Of a DNA stretch of 64,000 bases, positions 55,558 through 64,000 are shown one piece after another. The DNA is taken from positions 1 through 64,000 of the forward strand of contig JBDRPD010000060.1 in NCBI GenBank assembly GCA_043827405.1, read 5' to 3'. The DNA is from Elusimicrobiota bacterium (GTDB taxonomy: Bacteria; Elusimicrobiota; Elusimicrobia; UBA1565). The notes beneath the pieces were generated by a model. It saw nothing but the letters and a program-made list of their open reading frames with translations, ran no database searches and was not told the origin of the DNA. A program made the translations under genes and the position numbers. The first letter of the stretch is position 1. Each line of letters opens with the position of its first letter.

Positions 55558-56387
55558 GTTCCGCCTTCCTTCTCCGGCAGGAGTATCAGCACTTCTTTAA
55601 GCGAGGCCGCCGTTACCGCGGGGGTGACCTCCACCGACTGAAACGCCAGAAATGGGTCGCGCTCGAACTTCCGGGTAATCGTTCCTATCAGCAAATCGGG
55701 TCCAAACGTCGCGCTGGTCGGCGACGTGTACACTTTCTCCCCGACCGGGATATCGGCGCCGAGCGGCAGATAGTTCATGCGCAGCCAATGCGTGCCCCGC
55801 CCTTGAATCAGCCCCTCAAGATCATTCGCCGGCAGATAGGCCGCCGCCGCCGACAGGTCGTCGGTCAGCAGCAGAACGATCGACGTCTTGGGTCTCACCC
55901 CCGTCACGCGTCCGACGACCCCCAGTACGCCGTCCTTTAGGCCCAGGACCGGGGCATTAACCACCATCCCGTCATCGGCTCCCGCGGACACCGTCAGTGA
56001 GCGATGCCAGTTCATGGAGTCGCGCTGCATCACCCGCGCCCAACGCAGAACGCGCCGCTCCTCCGGGGTAATTCCCAACGCTTCACTCAAACGCCGATTC
56101 TCGCGCCTGAGCGACTCATTTTCCGACTGCAAATGCGTCGCCTCCCTGAGCCTGCGCCGCGCCCGCAGCAGCTCGATATCGCCGGAGATGAGCCGCACGG
56201 CGTCGGTCGGGATATTGGCGAACCGGTCGAAGGCCCGGCTGCCATAGAACGGGACCGGGTCAAGGAGGTAGGACGCATAGGCGCGAAAGGCGCCGACTTT
56301 CCCGGTTAAGGGAAGGCTCAGCAGCACCATGGAAATAATGCCGAACAGCAGCAGCAAATAATTCGCCGCACGCAAGTCTCGATTCAT
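55554..56387 (-). CDS. mreC: Rod shape-determining protein MreC
   Basis: TM, coiled coil ENRRL, GVVGRV, LLTD; synteny. Confidence 0.9.
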   Translation of the reverse strand: MNRDLRAANYLLLLFGIISMVLLSLPLTGKVGAFRAYASYLLDPVPFYGSRAFDRFANIPTDAVRLISGDIELLRARRRLREATHLQSENESLRRENRRLSEALGITPEERRVLRWARVMQRDSMNWHRSLTVSAGADDGMVVNAPVLGLKDGVLGVVGRVTGVRPKTSIVLLLTDDLSAAAAYLPANDLEGLIQGRGTHWLRMNYLPLGADIPVGEKVYTSPTSATFGPDLLIGTITRKFERDPFLAFQSVEVTPAVTAASLKEVLILLPEKEGGT

Positions 56388-56429
56388 ACTTTGCCCGGCG
56401 GGGCCATGAGAACGCGGCGGCGGCAGTGC

Positions 56430-57482
56430 TTATTCTACGAAGCGATCAGACGTCCCGATCAGGTCGGGTCTCTTGTGCTTAATGCTGTCCAGGACTTCGA
56501 GGAACTTCCCCGTCCCGATCGCTACGCAGCTGAGGGGATCCGCAGCGCGATGCACCGGCAGCTCGGTTTCTTGCCGGATCAAATCCGGCAACCCCCGCAG
56601 CAGCGTGCCTCCGCCCGCCAGAACCATCCCTCTATCTACCAAATCCGCGGCCAACTCCGCCGGTGTCTCCTCCAAACAATTCTTGATCACATCGAGGATA
56701 AGCTGCACCGGTTCCATCAGCGCCTGGCGCACCTCCTCGGACGTAATGAGCACCGTCTTAGGAAGGCCGGTGGCCTGATCCCGGCCCTTCACTTCCATCG
56801 TCTTCTCTTCCTTTAGTGGAAAAACGGAACCAATCTGGATTTTGACGTCCTCGGCCGTTGTCTCGCCGATAAGCAGATTGTACTTGCGGCGAAAATGCTG
56901 CAACACCGCCTCATCCATCTCATCGCCGGCGACATCGATAGACTTGGAAACGACCATGCCGCCGAGAGAAATGACGGCCGCCTCCGTAGTCCCGCCTCCG
57001 ACATCAATGATCATGCTCGCATACGGCTCCGATATCGGCATATCCGCCCCGATCGCGGCGGCCATAGGCTCTTCGATCAAGTGCACGGAACGGGCCCCCG
57101 CCTGCTCGGCCGATTCCTGAACGGCGCGACGCTCGACTTCAGTAATACCGGAAGGGATGCCGATTACGATGCGCGGATGCAGCAGACTGCGCCGGTTATG
57201 CACCTTCTGGATAAAGAACTTGATCATCTCCTGCGTCACTTCGAAGTCGGCGATAACGCCGTTTTTCAAAGGACGGACCGCGATGATCGAGGAAGGCGTC
57301 CGTCCCAGCATCCTCTTCGCTTCGGCGCCGATGGCGATCACGCGGCGCGTCTCCTTGTCGATAGCCACCACGGAAGGCTCACGCAGCACAATGCCGTGGT
57401 TCTTGACATAGACCAGGGTATTGGCCGTACCCAGATCGATGCCCATATCGTTGGAGAACAGGCTGAAGAGATAGTCGAACAT
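56430..57482 (-). CDS. mreB: Actin-like MreB
   Basis: [31 protein letters not shown]. Confidence 0.97.
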   Translation of the reverse strand: MFDYLFSLFSNDMGIDLGTANTLVYVKNHGIVLREPSVVAIDKETRRVIAIGAEAKRMLGRTPSSIIAVRPLKNGVIADFEVTQEMIKFFIQKVHNRRSLLHPRIVIGIPSGITEVERRAVQESAEQAGARSVHLIEEPMAAAIGADMPISEPYASMIIDVGGGTTEAAVISLGGMVVSKSIDVAGDEMDEAVLQHFRRKYNLLIGETTAEDVKIQIGSVFPLKEEKTMEVKGRDQATGLPKTVLITSEEVRQALMEPVQLILDVIKNCLEETPAELAADLVDRGMVLAGGGTLLRGLPDLIRQETELPVHRAADPLSCVAIGTGKFLEVLDSIKHKRPDLIGTSDRFVE

Positions 57483-57498
57483 GCCGTATTAGACTATT

Positions 57499-57843
57499 CT
57501 ATTGCACAAGACGAATCAAGCCCTGCAAAGCGCCGTCGCCCGTGCGGCGGCCAAGACGCAGCACCTGCGTATACCCGCCCGGCCGATCCTGATAGCGCTG
57601 GGCCAGCACATCGAACAGCTTCTTGACGGCGACCCGGTCGCTTATGTCGCGGCGCACCCGCAGGTGCTGGCCGCGCTTCGCGCAGGTAATGAGGCGCTCC
57701 GCGAACGACCGCAGGGCTTTCGCCCGGGTCAGCGACGTCTGCACCCGCTCATGCAGGAACAGGCTCGTGGCCATGTTGCGCAGCGTCGCTTTACGATGCG
57801 AGCTCGTTCTACAGAGCTTGTTTTTTCCGTAATTCTTAATCAT
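57499..57843 (-). CDS. rplQ: 50S ribosomal protein L17
   Basis: HRKATLRN, RPGGYT, GDGA. Confidence 0.96.
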   Translation of the reverse strand: MIKNYGKNKLCRTSSHRKATLRNMATSLFLHERVQTSLTRAKALRSFAERLITCAKRGQHLRVRRDISDRVAVKKLFDVLAQRYQDRPGGYTQVLRLGRRTGDGALQGLIRLVQ

Positions 57844-57860
57844 GCTGCTCCCTCTAAATG

Positions 57861-58859
57861 CTAAACCTGCATGCCCAGAGAAAGGCCCATATCCTTCAAG
57901 CGGTCCTTGATCTCATCGAGCGACTTCTTGCCGAAGTTTTTAACCGCGAGAAGCTCCTCTTCACGCCGGCTGACCAGCTCCCGAATGGTCTTTATCCGGG
58001 CGACCTTCAGGCAGTTCGAAGCCCGGCTCGACAGCTCGATCATATCGACCGGCTGGGTCAACACTTCCCGCAGACGGGCGTCCACGCCGACGCCGCCTTC
58101 GCCGCCGGCCATCACATCCTGGCCGTCTTCGTAAGTTCCCGCCGGAGGCTGCTCGAGAATCTCCTCTTCCGGAATAAAGATATTCAGGGACTCCCGCATC
58201 AGCTTGGAGGAGCGGATCAGGGCATCCATCGGCGAAACAGAGCCGTCCGTCCAAATCTCCAGAATCAAGCGGTCATAGTCCGTCACCTGGCCGACGCGGG
58301 CATTCTCAACGTCGTAATGGATCTTCATCACGGGCGAGAACAGGGCGTCCACCGGCAGGAATCCGGCCGGCCAGTTGGCCTGCGCCTGAATTTCCTCTCC
58401 CGGGACATAGCCGCGGCCGCGCGACACCTCGATCTCCATGTCGATCTTACCGCCCGACTCCAGGTGGCAGATATGAAGATCGCCATTGACGATCTCGACG
58501 TTGGAGTTCTCCTGGATCATCTTCGCCGTGACCGCGCCCTCTTTCTTGGTGGCCAAGTAGATCGTTTCCGGGCCGTTCGAGAACAGCTTAACGCGCAGCT
58601 TCTTTAGATTCAGCAGGATATTCATGACATCCTCGCGGATGCCGTTGAGCGCCTGATACTCGTGCCTCGCCCCATCGATCCGAACGCCGGTTACCGCGGC
58701 CCCTTCCAGACTGGAAAGAAGTACCCGCCGCAACGAGTTGCCGACCGTATGCCCGTAGCCGCGCTCGTACGGCTCGGCCACGAATTTTGCGTAGCTATCC
58801 GAAAGGGTCTTTTCGTCGACAGCGAGTTTTTGCGGAAGAATTAGCTCTTTATAGATCAC
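57861..58859 (-). CDS. rpoA: RNA polymerase alpha subunit
   Basis: EPYERGYGHTVGNSLRRVLLSS, RGRGY, NCL, NFGKKSL. Confidence 0.98.
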   Translation of the reverse strand: MIYKELILPQKLAVDEKTLSDSYAKFVAEPYERGYGHTVGNSLRRVLLSSLEGAAVTGVRIDGARHEYQALNGIREDVMNILLNLKKLRVKLFSNGPETIYLATKKEGAVTAKMIQENSNVEIVNGDLHICHLESGGKIDMEIEVSRGRGYVPGEEIQAQANWPAGFLPVDALFSPVMKIHYDVENARVGQVTDYDRLILEIWTDGSVSPMDALIRSSKLMRESLNIFIPEEEILEQPPAGTYEDGQDVMAGGEGGVGVDARLREVLTQPVDMIELSSRASNCLKVARIKTIRELVSRREEELLAVKNFGKKSLDEIKDRLKDMGLSLGMQV

Positions 58860-58888
58860 GGCGGTTTGCCTCCTGAATCGGCTTAAAA

Positions 58889-59515
58889 CTACCTTGAATA
58901 GTACTCGACGATCAGCTGATCGTTGACGGCGAAAGACGTCTCCTCCCGGGTCGGCCGGCGCACAACCTTGGCCGCGCGGTTCTCTTCACTATACTCCAAA
59001 TACGAAGGCCGAACGGCCTTCTTTTCGACAAACTCCAGCGCCAGCTTCACGCCGGGGTTGGCCTTCATGCGCTGATCCAGAGAAACAACATCTCCAACAT
59101 GCACGTGATAGGACGGAATATTAACCCGGTTCCCATTGACCCGGACCATCCGGTGCTGGACCAGCTGCCGCGCGGTGCTAAGGCTGGTCGCGAAGCCGGC
59201 GCGCCGGACGATATTGTCCAGCCGCGTTTCCAGTCCGATCATCAGCTCCGCCGCGGCATTGCCGCGGGAGTGCGACGCCTTCTTCATCATCGTCTTGAAC
59301 GGGGTCTCCGTCATTGAGATCATCCGGCGCAGCTTCTGCTTCTCGCGCAGACGAATCTTATACTCGGACGGCTTCCCCCGCTGCGGCTTGGCGTTGCCGG
59401 GCGGCATCGGCCGATTATCCAGCACGCACTTGGTATGGCACTTTTCGCCCTTGAGGAAGAGTTTAGTCTGCTCTCTCCGGCACATCCGGCAGACGGGACC
59501 TGTATACCTGGCCAT
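58889..59515 (-). CDS. rpsD: 30S ribosomal protein S4 (Cys/zinc-binding type)
   Basis: MARYTGPVCRMCRRE, LREKQK, LETRLDN, IVEYYSR. Confidence 0.97.
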   Translation of the reverse strand: MARYTGPVCRMCRREQTKLFLKGEKCHTKCVLDNRPMPPGNAKPQRGKPSEYKIRLREKQKLRRMISMTETPFKTMMKKASHSRGNAAAELMIGLETRLDNIVRRAGFATSLSTARQLVQHRMVRVNGNRVNIPSYHVHVGDVVSLDQRMKANPGVKLALEFVEKKAVRPSYLEYSEENRAAKVVRRPTREETSFAVNDQLIVEYYSR

Positions 59516-59516
59516 C

Positions 59517-60047
59517 TTACACCCTCCTCGGCTTCGGCGGACGGCAGCCGTTATGCGGAATCGGCGACACGTCTTTAAGAGACACCACGTGCAGGCCGGA
59601 CGACTGCAGCGCCCGGATCGACGTCTCCCGGCCGGGGCCAGGCCCCTTAACAAATACCGAGACCTGCCTTACGCCCAGCTCCACCGCGCGCTTGGCCGCC
59701 TTGGTTGCCGTGACCTGCGCCGCGAAGGGCGTGCCCTTCTTGGTGCCCTTAAATCCCGCGCCGCCCGCGGACGCCCAGCAAAGCACGTTGCCGCGATCGT
59801 CCGTGATGCTCACAAGCGTATTATTGAAGGAGCACTGGATAAAGACTTTGGCGTGCGAAAAAGTACGACCGCCCTTTCGGCGCACGACCGGACGAGGCGC
59901 AGAAGCGTCCTCCGTCGCGAAGATGTCTTTCTCCGCCGCCGGAACCTCCGGCGCGGGCGCGCGCTCCTTCGCGGGAGTTTTCTTTTCCGTCGCCGGAACC
60001 GTCTCGTCGGCGGCCGGCTCTATTGGTTTTTCCTGCTCTTCAGTCAT
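59517..60047 (-). CDS. rpsK: 30S ribosomal protein S11 with N-terminal extension
   Basis: [33 protein letters not shown]. Confidence 0.97.
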   Translation of the reverse strand: MTEEQEKPIEPAADETVPATEKKTPAKERAPAPEVPAAEKDIFATEDASAPRPVVRRKGGRTFSHAKVFIQCSFNNTLVSITDDRGNVLCWASAGGAGFKGTKKGTPFAAQVTATKAAKRAVELGVRQVSVFVKGPGPGRETSIRALQSSGLHVVSLKDVSPIPHNGCRPPKPRRV

Positions 60048-60065
60048 AAAAACTTCCTCCGAAAT

Positions 60066-60461
60066 CTATCCCTTCTTCCCGGGCGCGGGCTTCGCTCCGG
60101 CGCCGACGGTCTTACGCCGGCCCCGACGAGTCCGGCTGTTAGTCTTGGTCCGCTGGCCGCGCACCGGAAGGTTGCGCCGATGGCGCACGCCCCGGTAACA
60201 GCCGATCTCAACGAACCGGTGGATATTCTGCTGCACTTCGCGCCGCAGCTCGCCTTCCACGCGATACTCCTTCGCGATCAGGGAGCTTATCAGACCAACC
60301 TGGCTCTCCGTTAGATCGCGCACCCGCGCCGCCGGATCGACGGCACCGTTAAGTTTGCTCAAGATCTCTTTCGCGATCATGGGCCCGATCCCGAACAGAC
60401 GCGTAAGCGCGACGTCCACCCGCTTATCCTTCGGAAGGTCTACTCCCGATATACGTGCCAT
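60066..60461 (-). CDS. rpsM: 30S ribosomal protein S13
   Basis: [30 protein letters not shown]. Confidence 0.98.
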   Translation of the reverse strand: MARISGVDLPKDKRVDVALTRLFGIGPMIAKEILSKLNGAVDPAARVRDLTESQVGLISSLIAKEYRVEGELRREVQQNIHRFVEIGCYRGVRHRRNLPVRGQRTKTNSRTRRGRRKTVGAGAKPAPGKKG

Positions 60462-60471
60462 AACGTTTCTC

Positions 60472-60585
60472 CTAACCCTGCCTTTGCTTATGGCGAGGAT
60501 TCGTGCAGATTACGCGCACGACACGTCCCCGCTTAATAACCTTGCACTTCTGGCAAATTGGTTTCACACTTGCACGAACCTTCAT
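60472..60585 (-). CDS. rpmJ: 50S ribosomal protein L36 (zinc-ribbon form); below the ORF-track cutoff
   Basis: Manual translation: [37 protein letters not shown]. Confidence 0.97.
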   Translation of the reverse strand: MKVRASVKPICQKCKVIKRGRVVRVICTNPRHKQRQG

Positions 60586-60589
60586 ACAA

Positions 60590-60808
60590 TCACCTTTCCC
60601 GATAAACAATCCGACCTCGGCTGAGGTCATAAGGAGACAACTCGACTTTGACGGTATCTCCCGGCATAATCTTTATGTAATGCACGCGCATTTTCCCTGA
60701 TATGTGCGCGATGATCTCTTTCTTTCCCGCTATCGTCACTCGAAACATCGCGTTTCCCAGGGACTCCACGATCTTCCCGTCAACTTCAATCTTGTCTTCT
60801 TTAACCAA
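60590..60808 (-). CDS. infA: Translation initiation factor IF-1 (TTG start)
   Basis: [36 protein letters not shown] upstream. Confidence 0.97.
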   Translation of the reverse strand: MVKEDKIEVDGKIVESLGNAMFRVTIAGKKEIIAHISGKMRVHYIKIMPGDTVKVELSPYDLSRGRIVYRER

Positions 60809-60830
60809 GAATTCTCTCCTTTTGTATGCG

Positions 60831-61598
60831 CTATGACAGCAACGTCAAAATCTCCGGCCCATTCTCGGTCACCGCAATCGTGTGCTCGAAATGAGCAGAC
60901 AGCCTGCCGTCCGCCGTGACCGCCGTCCATTTATCATCAAGTACTTTAACGTCCGCCGCACCCTCGTTGACCATCGGCTCGATCGCCAGCACCATGCCCG
61001 GTCGCAGGCGCAAACCGGTGTCCGCTGTGCCGTAGTTCGGCACGGCGGGGTCTTCATGCAGGGCGCGGCCGATGCCGTGCCCGACGAACTCGCGAACCAC
61101 GCTGTAGCCGGCGCCTTCAGCGCAGGCCTGTACTGCGGCGCTGACATCGCCCAAGCGCCGGTCCGGCCGCATCTGCTCGATCGCCTTATCGAGCGCCGAC
61201 CGCGTAACCCTCAGCAGCCGCTCGGCGTCTTCGGATATGCGGCCGATCGGCACCGTAATCGCCGCGTCGCCGAAAAATCCGTCAATGACGCAGCCGATAT
61301 CCATGCTCAAGATGTCGCCTTCCTGCAGAATCCGTGACTTGCTCGGTATCCCGTGCACAACTTCGCAGTTGATCGAGGCGCATAAAGTGTGCGGAAAACC
61401 CCGGTAGCCCAAAAAGGCCGGTATGGCCCCATGCCCGCGAAGCGTCTTCTCGGCCAGCGCATCCAGCTCCAGCGTCGACACGCCGGGCTCGGCGCGACGC
61501 TCAAGAGCCGCCAACGCTTGCGCGACGACGGCGCCCGCCCGGCGCATCAGCGCAATCTCCTTGGCGCTCTTTAAATCGACGGCAGCGGATTTAAACAT
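60831..61598 (-). CDS. map: Type I methionine aminopeptidase
   Basis: EVVHGIP, GHGIG, AIEPM, SAHFEHT. Confidence 0.97.
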   Translation of the reverse strand: MFKSAAVDLKSAKEIALMRRAGAVVAQALAALERRAEPGVSTLELDALAEKTLRGHGAIPAFLGYRGFPHTLCASINCEVVHGIPSKSRILQEGDILSMDIGCVIDGFFGDAAITVPIGRISEDAERLLRVTRSALDKAIEQMRPDRRLGDVSAAVQACAEGAGYSVVREFVGHGIGRALHEDPAVPNYGTADTGLRLRPGMVLAIEPMVNEGAADVKVLDDKWTAVTADGRLSAHFEHTIAVTENGPEILTLLS

Positions 61599-61600
61599 GC

Positions 61601-62260
61601 TTACAAGCCGCTCCCGGCCGCAGCCTTGTCGATGCTTTCATATAGAGCTCGCGCCACTTCCGGGAAATCACCGGCGCCATCCACCTCGGCGAAATCGCTG
61701 TTCTCCCGGTAATAGGCCGCCAGCGGCGCCGTTTGCTCCTCGTAGACCTGGAGGCGGTTCTTGATCGTCTCTTCCATGTCATCTTCGCGCTGGACCAAAG
61801 CCTTGCCGCACTTATCGCACTTCCCTTCAACCTGTGGCGGACGGCTGATTAGGTTATAAACATCTCCGCAGCCGGAGCAGGTTCGGCGGCCGGACAGCCT
61901 CTCGACCACTTCGGCGAGCTCCAGGGAGAGATATAAAACAGCGTTAAGCTTCTGCCCTTTCGCCTGCAGATACTTATCCAGCTCCCGCGCCTGGCCGAGA
62001 GTGCGCGGGAAGCCGTCCAACAGCCATTCGCCGGAACCGGAATCGAGATGGGCGGCGACCATCTTCACCACCAGATCATCGGGGACCAGCTCGCCGCGCT
62101 TAACGTAGTCCGCGACCTTTTTGCCGACAGCGCTCTCCTTGCCCATCTCTTCGCGGAAGATATCGCCGGTAGAAACATGCTCCAGGCCGTACTTGCGGCA
62201 TAGAAACATCGACTGCGTTCCTTTTCCCGCTCCCGGACAGCCCAACAGCACGATCTTCAT
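61601..62260 (-). CDS. adk: Adenylate kinase (zinc LID)
   Basis: GCPGAGKGT, LDGFPRT, CSGC...CDKC, QREDD. Confidence 0.97.
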   Translation of the reverse strand: MKIVLLGCPGAGKGTQSMFLCRKYGLEHVSTGDIFREEMGKESAVGKKVADYVKRGELVPDDLVVKMVAAHLDSGSGEWLLDGFPRTLGQARELDKYLQAKGQKLNAVLYLSLELAEVVERLSGRRTCSGCGDVYNLISRPPQVEGKCDKCGKALVQREDDMEETIKNRLQVYEEQTAPLAAYYRENSDFAEVDGAGDFPEVARALYESIDKAAAGSGL

Positions 62261-62263
62261 TAC

Positions 62264-63595
62264 TCAGCTCCCCACGTTAAACCAGCGCTGCTTTACCCGG
62301 CCCTTCTTCAAAAAACCGTCGTAGTGCCGCATGATTAGATGCGACTCCAGTTGGCCCATGGTATCGAGCGCGACGCCCACGACGATCAACAGCGCCGTAC
62401 CGCCGAAGTAGAAGGGGATATTGTACTGCTGGCGCGCGATATCAGGGAGGACGGCGATGGCCGCCACAAAGAGGGCGCCGCCGAGCGTGATCCGCTCCAG
62501 CACCCATTCGATGTAGGCCGCTGTCGGCCCGCCCGGCCGAATGCCGGGGACAAAGCCGCCGGACTTTTTCATATTGTCCGCGAGGTCGACGGGGTTAATA
62601 CTCACCGAGTTATAGAAATAGCAGAAGAAGATGATCATCACCGCGTAGAAAATCTGGTAGATCCAGCCGCCGGCGTTCATGAATCCCACGACTTTCTGCG
62701 CCACCGCCGAATTCGGCATAAACTGCGCGAAGGTCATCGGCACGGCCATTAAGCTGATAGCGAAGATCACAGCGATGACGCCGCTCTGATCCACCTTGAG
62801 CGGCAGGAAACTGGAAGCCCCCCCGTACATCTTTCGACCAACGACGCGCTTGGCGTACTGCACCGGGATCTTGCGCTGAGCGGTCTCGACCCAAACAACC
62901 GCCATAATAACGCCCACCAAGGAACCCGCGAGCAGCAGCGCCCGCACCAGGCCGATTTCTTCGGCCTGCACCAACTGGATCAGCGACACCAGGCCGCCCG
63001 GCAGGGCGTTGACGATGCCCGCGAAGATGATCAGCGAGATGCCGTTGCCGACGCCGTTCTCCGTCATCTGCTCGCCCAGCCACATAATAAAAATTGTGCC
63101 GGTGGTCAGCGTCAGCACCGTGATGATATAGAATGCCGCCGATGGATCAGAGACCACGGGCACTCCGCTCGGGGAAGGCATCTTCGTAATCATGATCGTC
63201 AAGCCGAAAGACTGAAATGACGCCAAAAAGAGGGTTAGATAGCGCGTAATCTGATTGAGCTTGCGCCGACCCAGCTCCCCTTCCTTATGCAGCCGGTCCA
63301 GATAGGGGATAACATGCGCCCCCTGCAGCAGGCTCATGATAATAGAGGCGTTGATGTAGGGCATGACGCCCATGGAAAAGATCGCGAACTGCCCGAGCGC
63401 ACCGCCCGAGAAGATGTTGAGGATACCCAGCAAGGAACCGGACTGCGCCTGAAAGATCGAGCGCAGCGCCTCGCCGTTGATGCCGGGAATCGGAATCGCC
63501 GCGCCCAGGCGGTACACCGCCAGACAGACCAACGTATAGATAATACGTTTGCGCAGGTCCGGCACCTCGAACATCTCCACGATCTTTTGGATCAT
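62264..63595 (-). CDS. secY: Preprotein translocase SecY
   Basis: GVMPYINASII, GNGISL, FVPGIRPG, GGTALLIVVGV. Confidence 0.98.
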   Translation of the reverse strand: MIQKIVEMFEVPDLRKRIIYTLVCLAVYRLGAAIPIPGINGEALRSIFQAQSGSLLGILNIFSGGALGQFAIFSMGVMPYINASIIMSLLQGAHVIPYLDRLHKEGELGRRKLNQITRYLTLFLASFQSFGLTIMITKMPSPSGVPVVSDPSAAFYIITVLTLTTGTIFIMWLGEQMTENGVGNGISLIIFAGIVNALPGGLVSLIQLVQAEEIGLVRALLLAGSLVGVIMAVVWVETAQRKIPVQYAKRVVGRKMYGGASSFLPLKVDQSGVIAVIFAISLMAVPMTFAQFMPNSAVAQKVVGFMNAGGWIYQIFYAVMIIFFCYFYNSVSINPVDLADNMKKSGGFVPGIRPGGPTAAYIEWVLERITLGGALFVAAIAVLPDIARQQYNIPFYFGGTALLIVVGVALDTMGQLESHLIMRHYDGFLKKGRVKQRWFNVGS

Positions 63596-64000
63596 CCCGC
63601 GGCCGCCTTCCCGATCACCTCGATCGTGCCGCCGGCTTGCTGAATTTTCTCCTGCGCACTCTTGGAGAACGCATGCGCCTTGATCTTCAGCGGCTTGGCC
63701 AGCTCGCCGTCGCCGAGTATCTTAACCTGCCGTCGCCCCTTGATCAGGCCGTGCACCTTAAGCGCTTCAAGATCCACCTCGTTCTGATTCTTAAACACCG
63801 CAGACAGCTTCGCCAGGCTCACGACCTGATAGATGGTCCGGAACTGCGTATTACGAAAGCCGCGCTTCGGCAGGCGTCGAATGAGCGGCGTCTGCCCGCC
63901 TTCGAAACCCGACAATGCGATGCCCGAACGGCTTTTCTGCCCCTTGGTTCCCTTGCCGCATGTTTTGCCTTTGCCGGAACCGAGCCCTTTGCCCAAACGC
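63592..64000 (-). CDS. rplO: 50S ribosomal protein L15 (5' end outside window)
   Basis: GSGKGKT, KGQKSRSG, FEGGQTPL-x-RRLPKRGF. Confidence 0.96.
   Translation of the reverse strand, partial: RLGKGLGSGKGKTCGKGTKGQKSRSGIALSGFEGGQTPLIRRLPKRGFRNTQFRTIYQVVSLAKLSAVFKNQNEVDLEALKVHGLIKGRRQVKILGDGELAKPLKIKAHAFSKSAQEKIQQAGGTIEVIGKAAAG

Noticed and set aside
1..64000. Prophage, IS element, integron, retron or DGR
   Set aside because: No integrase, transposase, reverse transcriptase or phage structural genes recognised, and no obvious compositional island.

Overview
A GC-rich bacterial chromosome segment with no recognisable prophage, IS element, CRISPR array, rRNA or tRNA. The lineage is plausibly Elusimicrobiota; this is an inference from the unusual L17 N-terminus, the receptor Ser/Thr kinase expansion and a bacterial histone, and was not verified. 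The right third is core genome on the minus strand: rplO-secY-adk-map-infA-rpmJ-rpsM-rpsK-rpsD-rpoA-rplQ, then mreBCD-mrdA-rodA-DUF2344-RNase E/G-amidase-murI. The rest holds mutS-mutL, hemE-hemH-hemY, queC-queE, rlmN, rnd, xth, dgt, gloB, an ABC-2 exporter and a signalling cluster (two membrane Ser/Thr kinases, a His kinase, a TPR membrane protein and an FHA-GAF-adenylate cyclase). The main oddities are: (1) two convergent, promoter- and terminator-bounded candidate non-coding RNAs at about 38.1-38.2 kb and 38.8-39.15 kb, the second an almost A-free GU-rich repeat RNA, flanking a glycine-zipper gene; (2) a Rho whose N-terminal RNA-binding domain appears replaced by an RGG low-complexity region; (3) a monocistronic bacterial histone; (4) a cis-motif at a fixed distance from the -10 box of three promoters; (5) many apparently leaderless genes; (6) several apparent pseudo-enzymes (HicA His>Tyr, YiiX-like Cys>Gly, GH-A-like without nucleophile). 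All calls come from reading the sequence; no searches were run.
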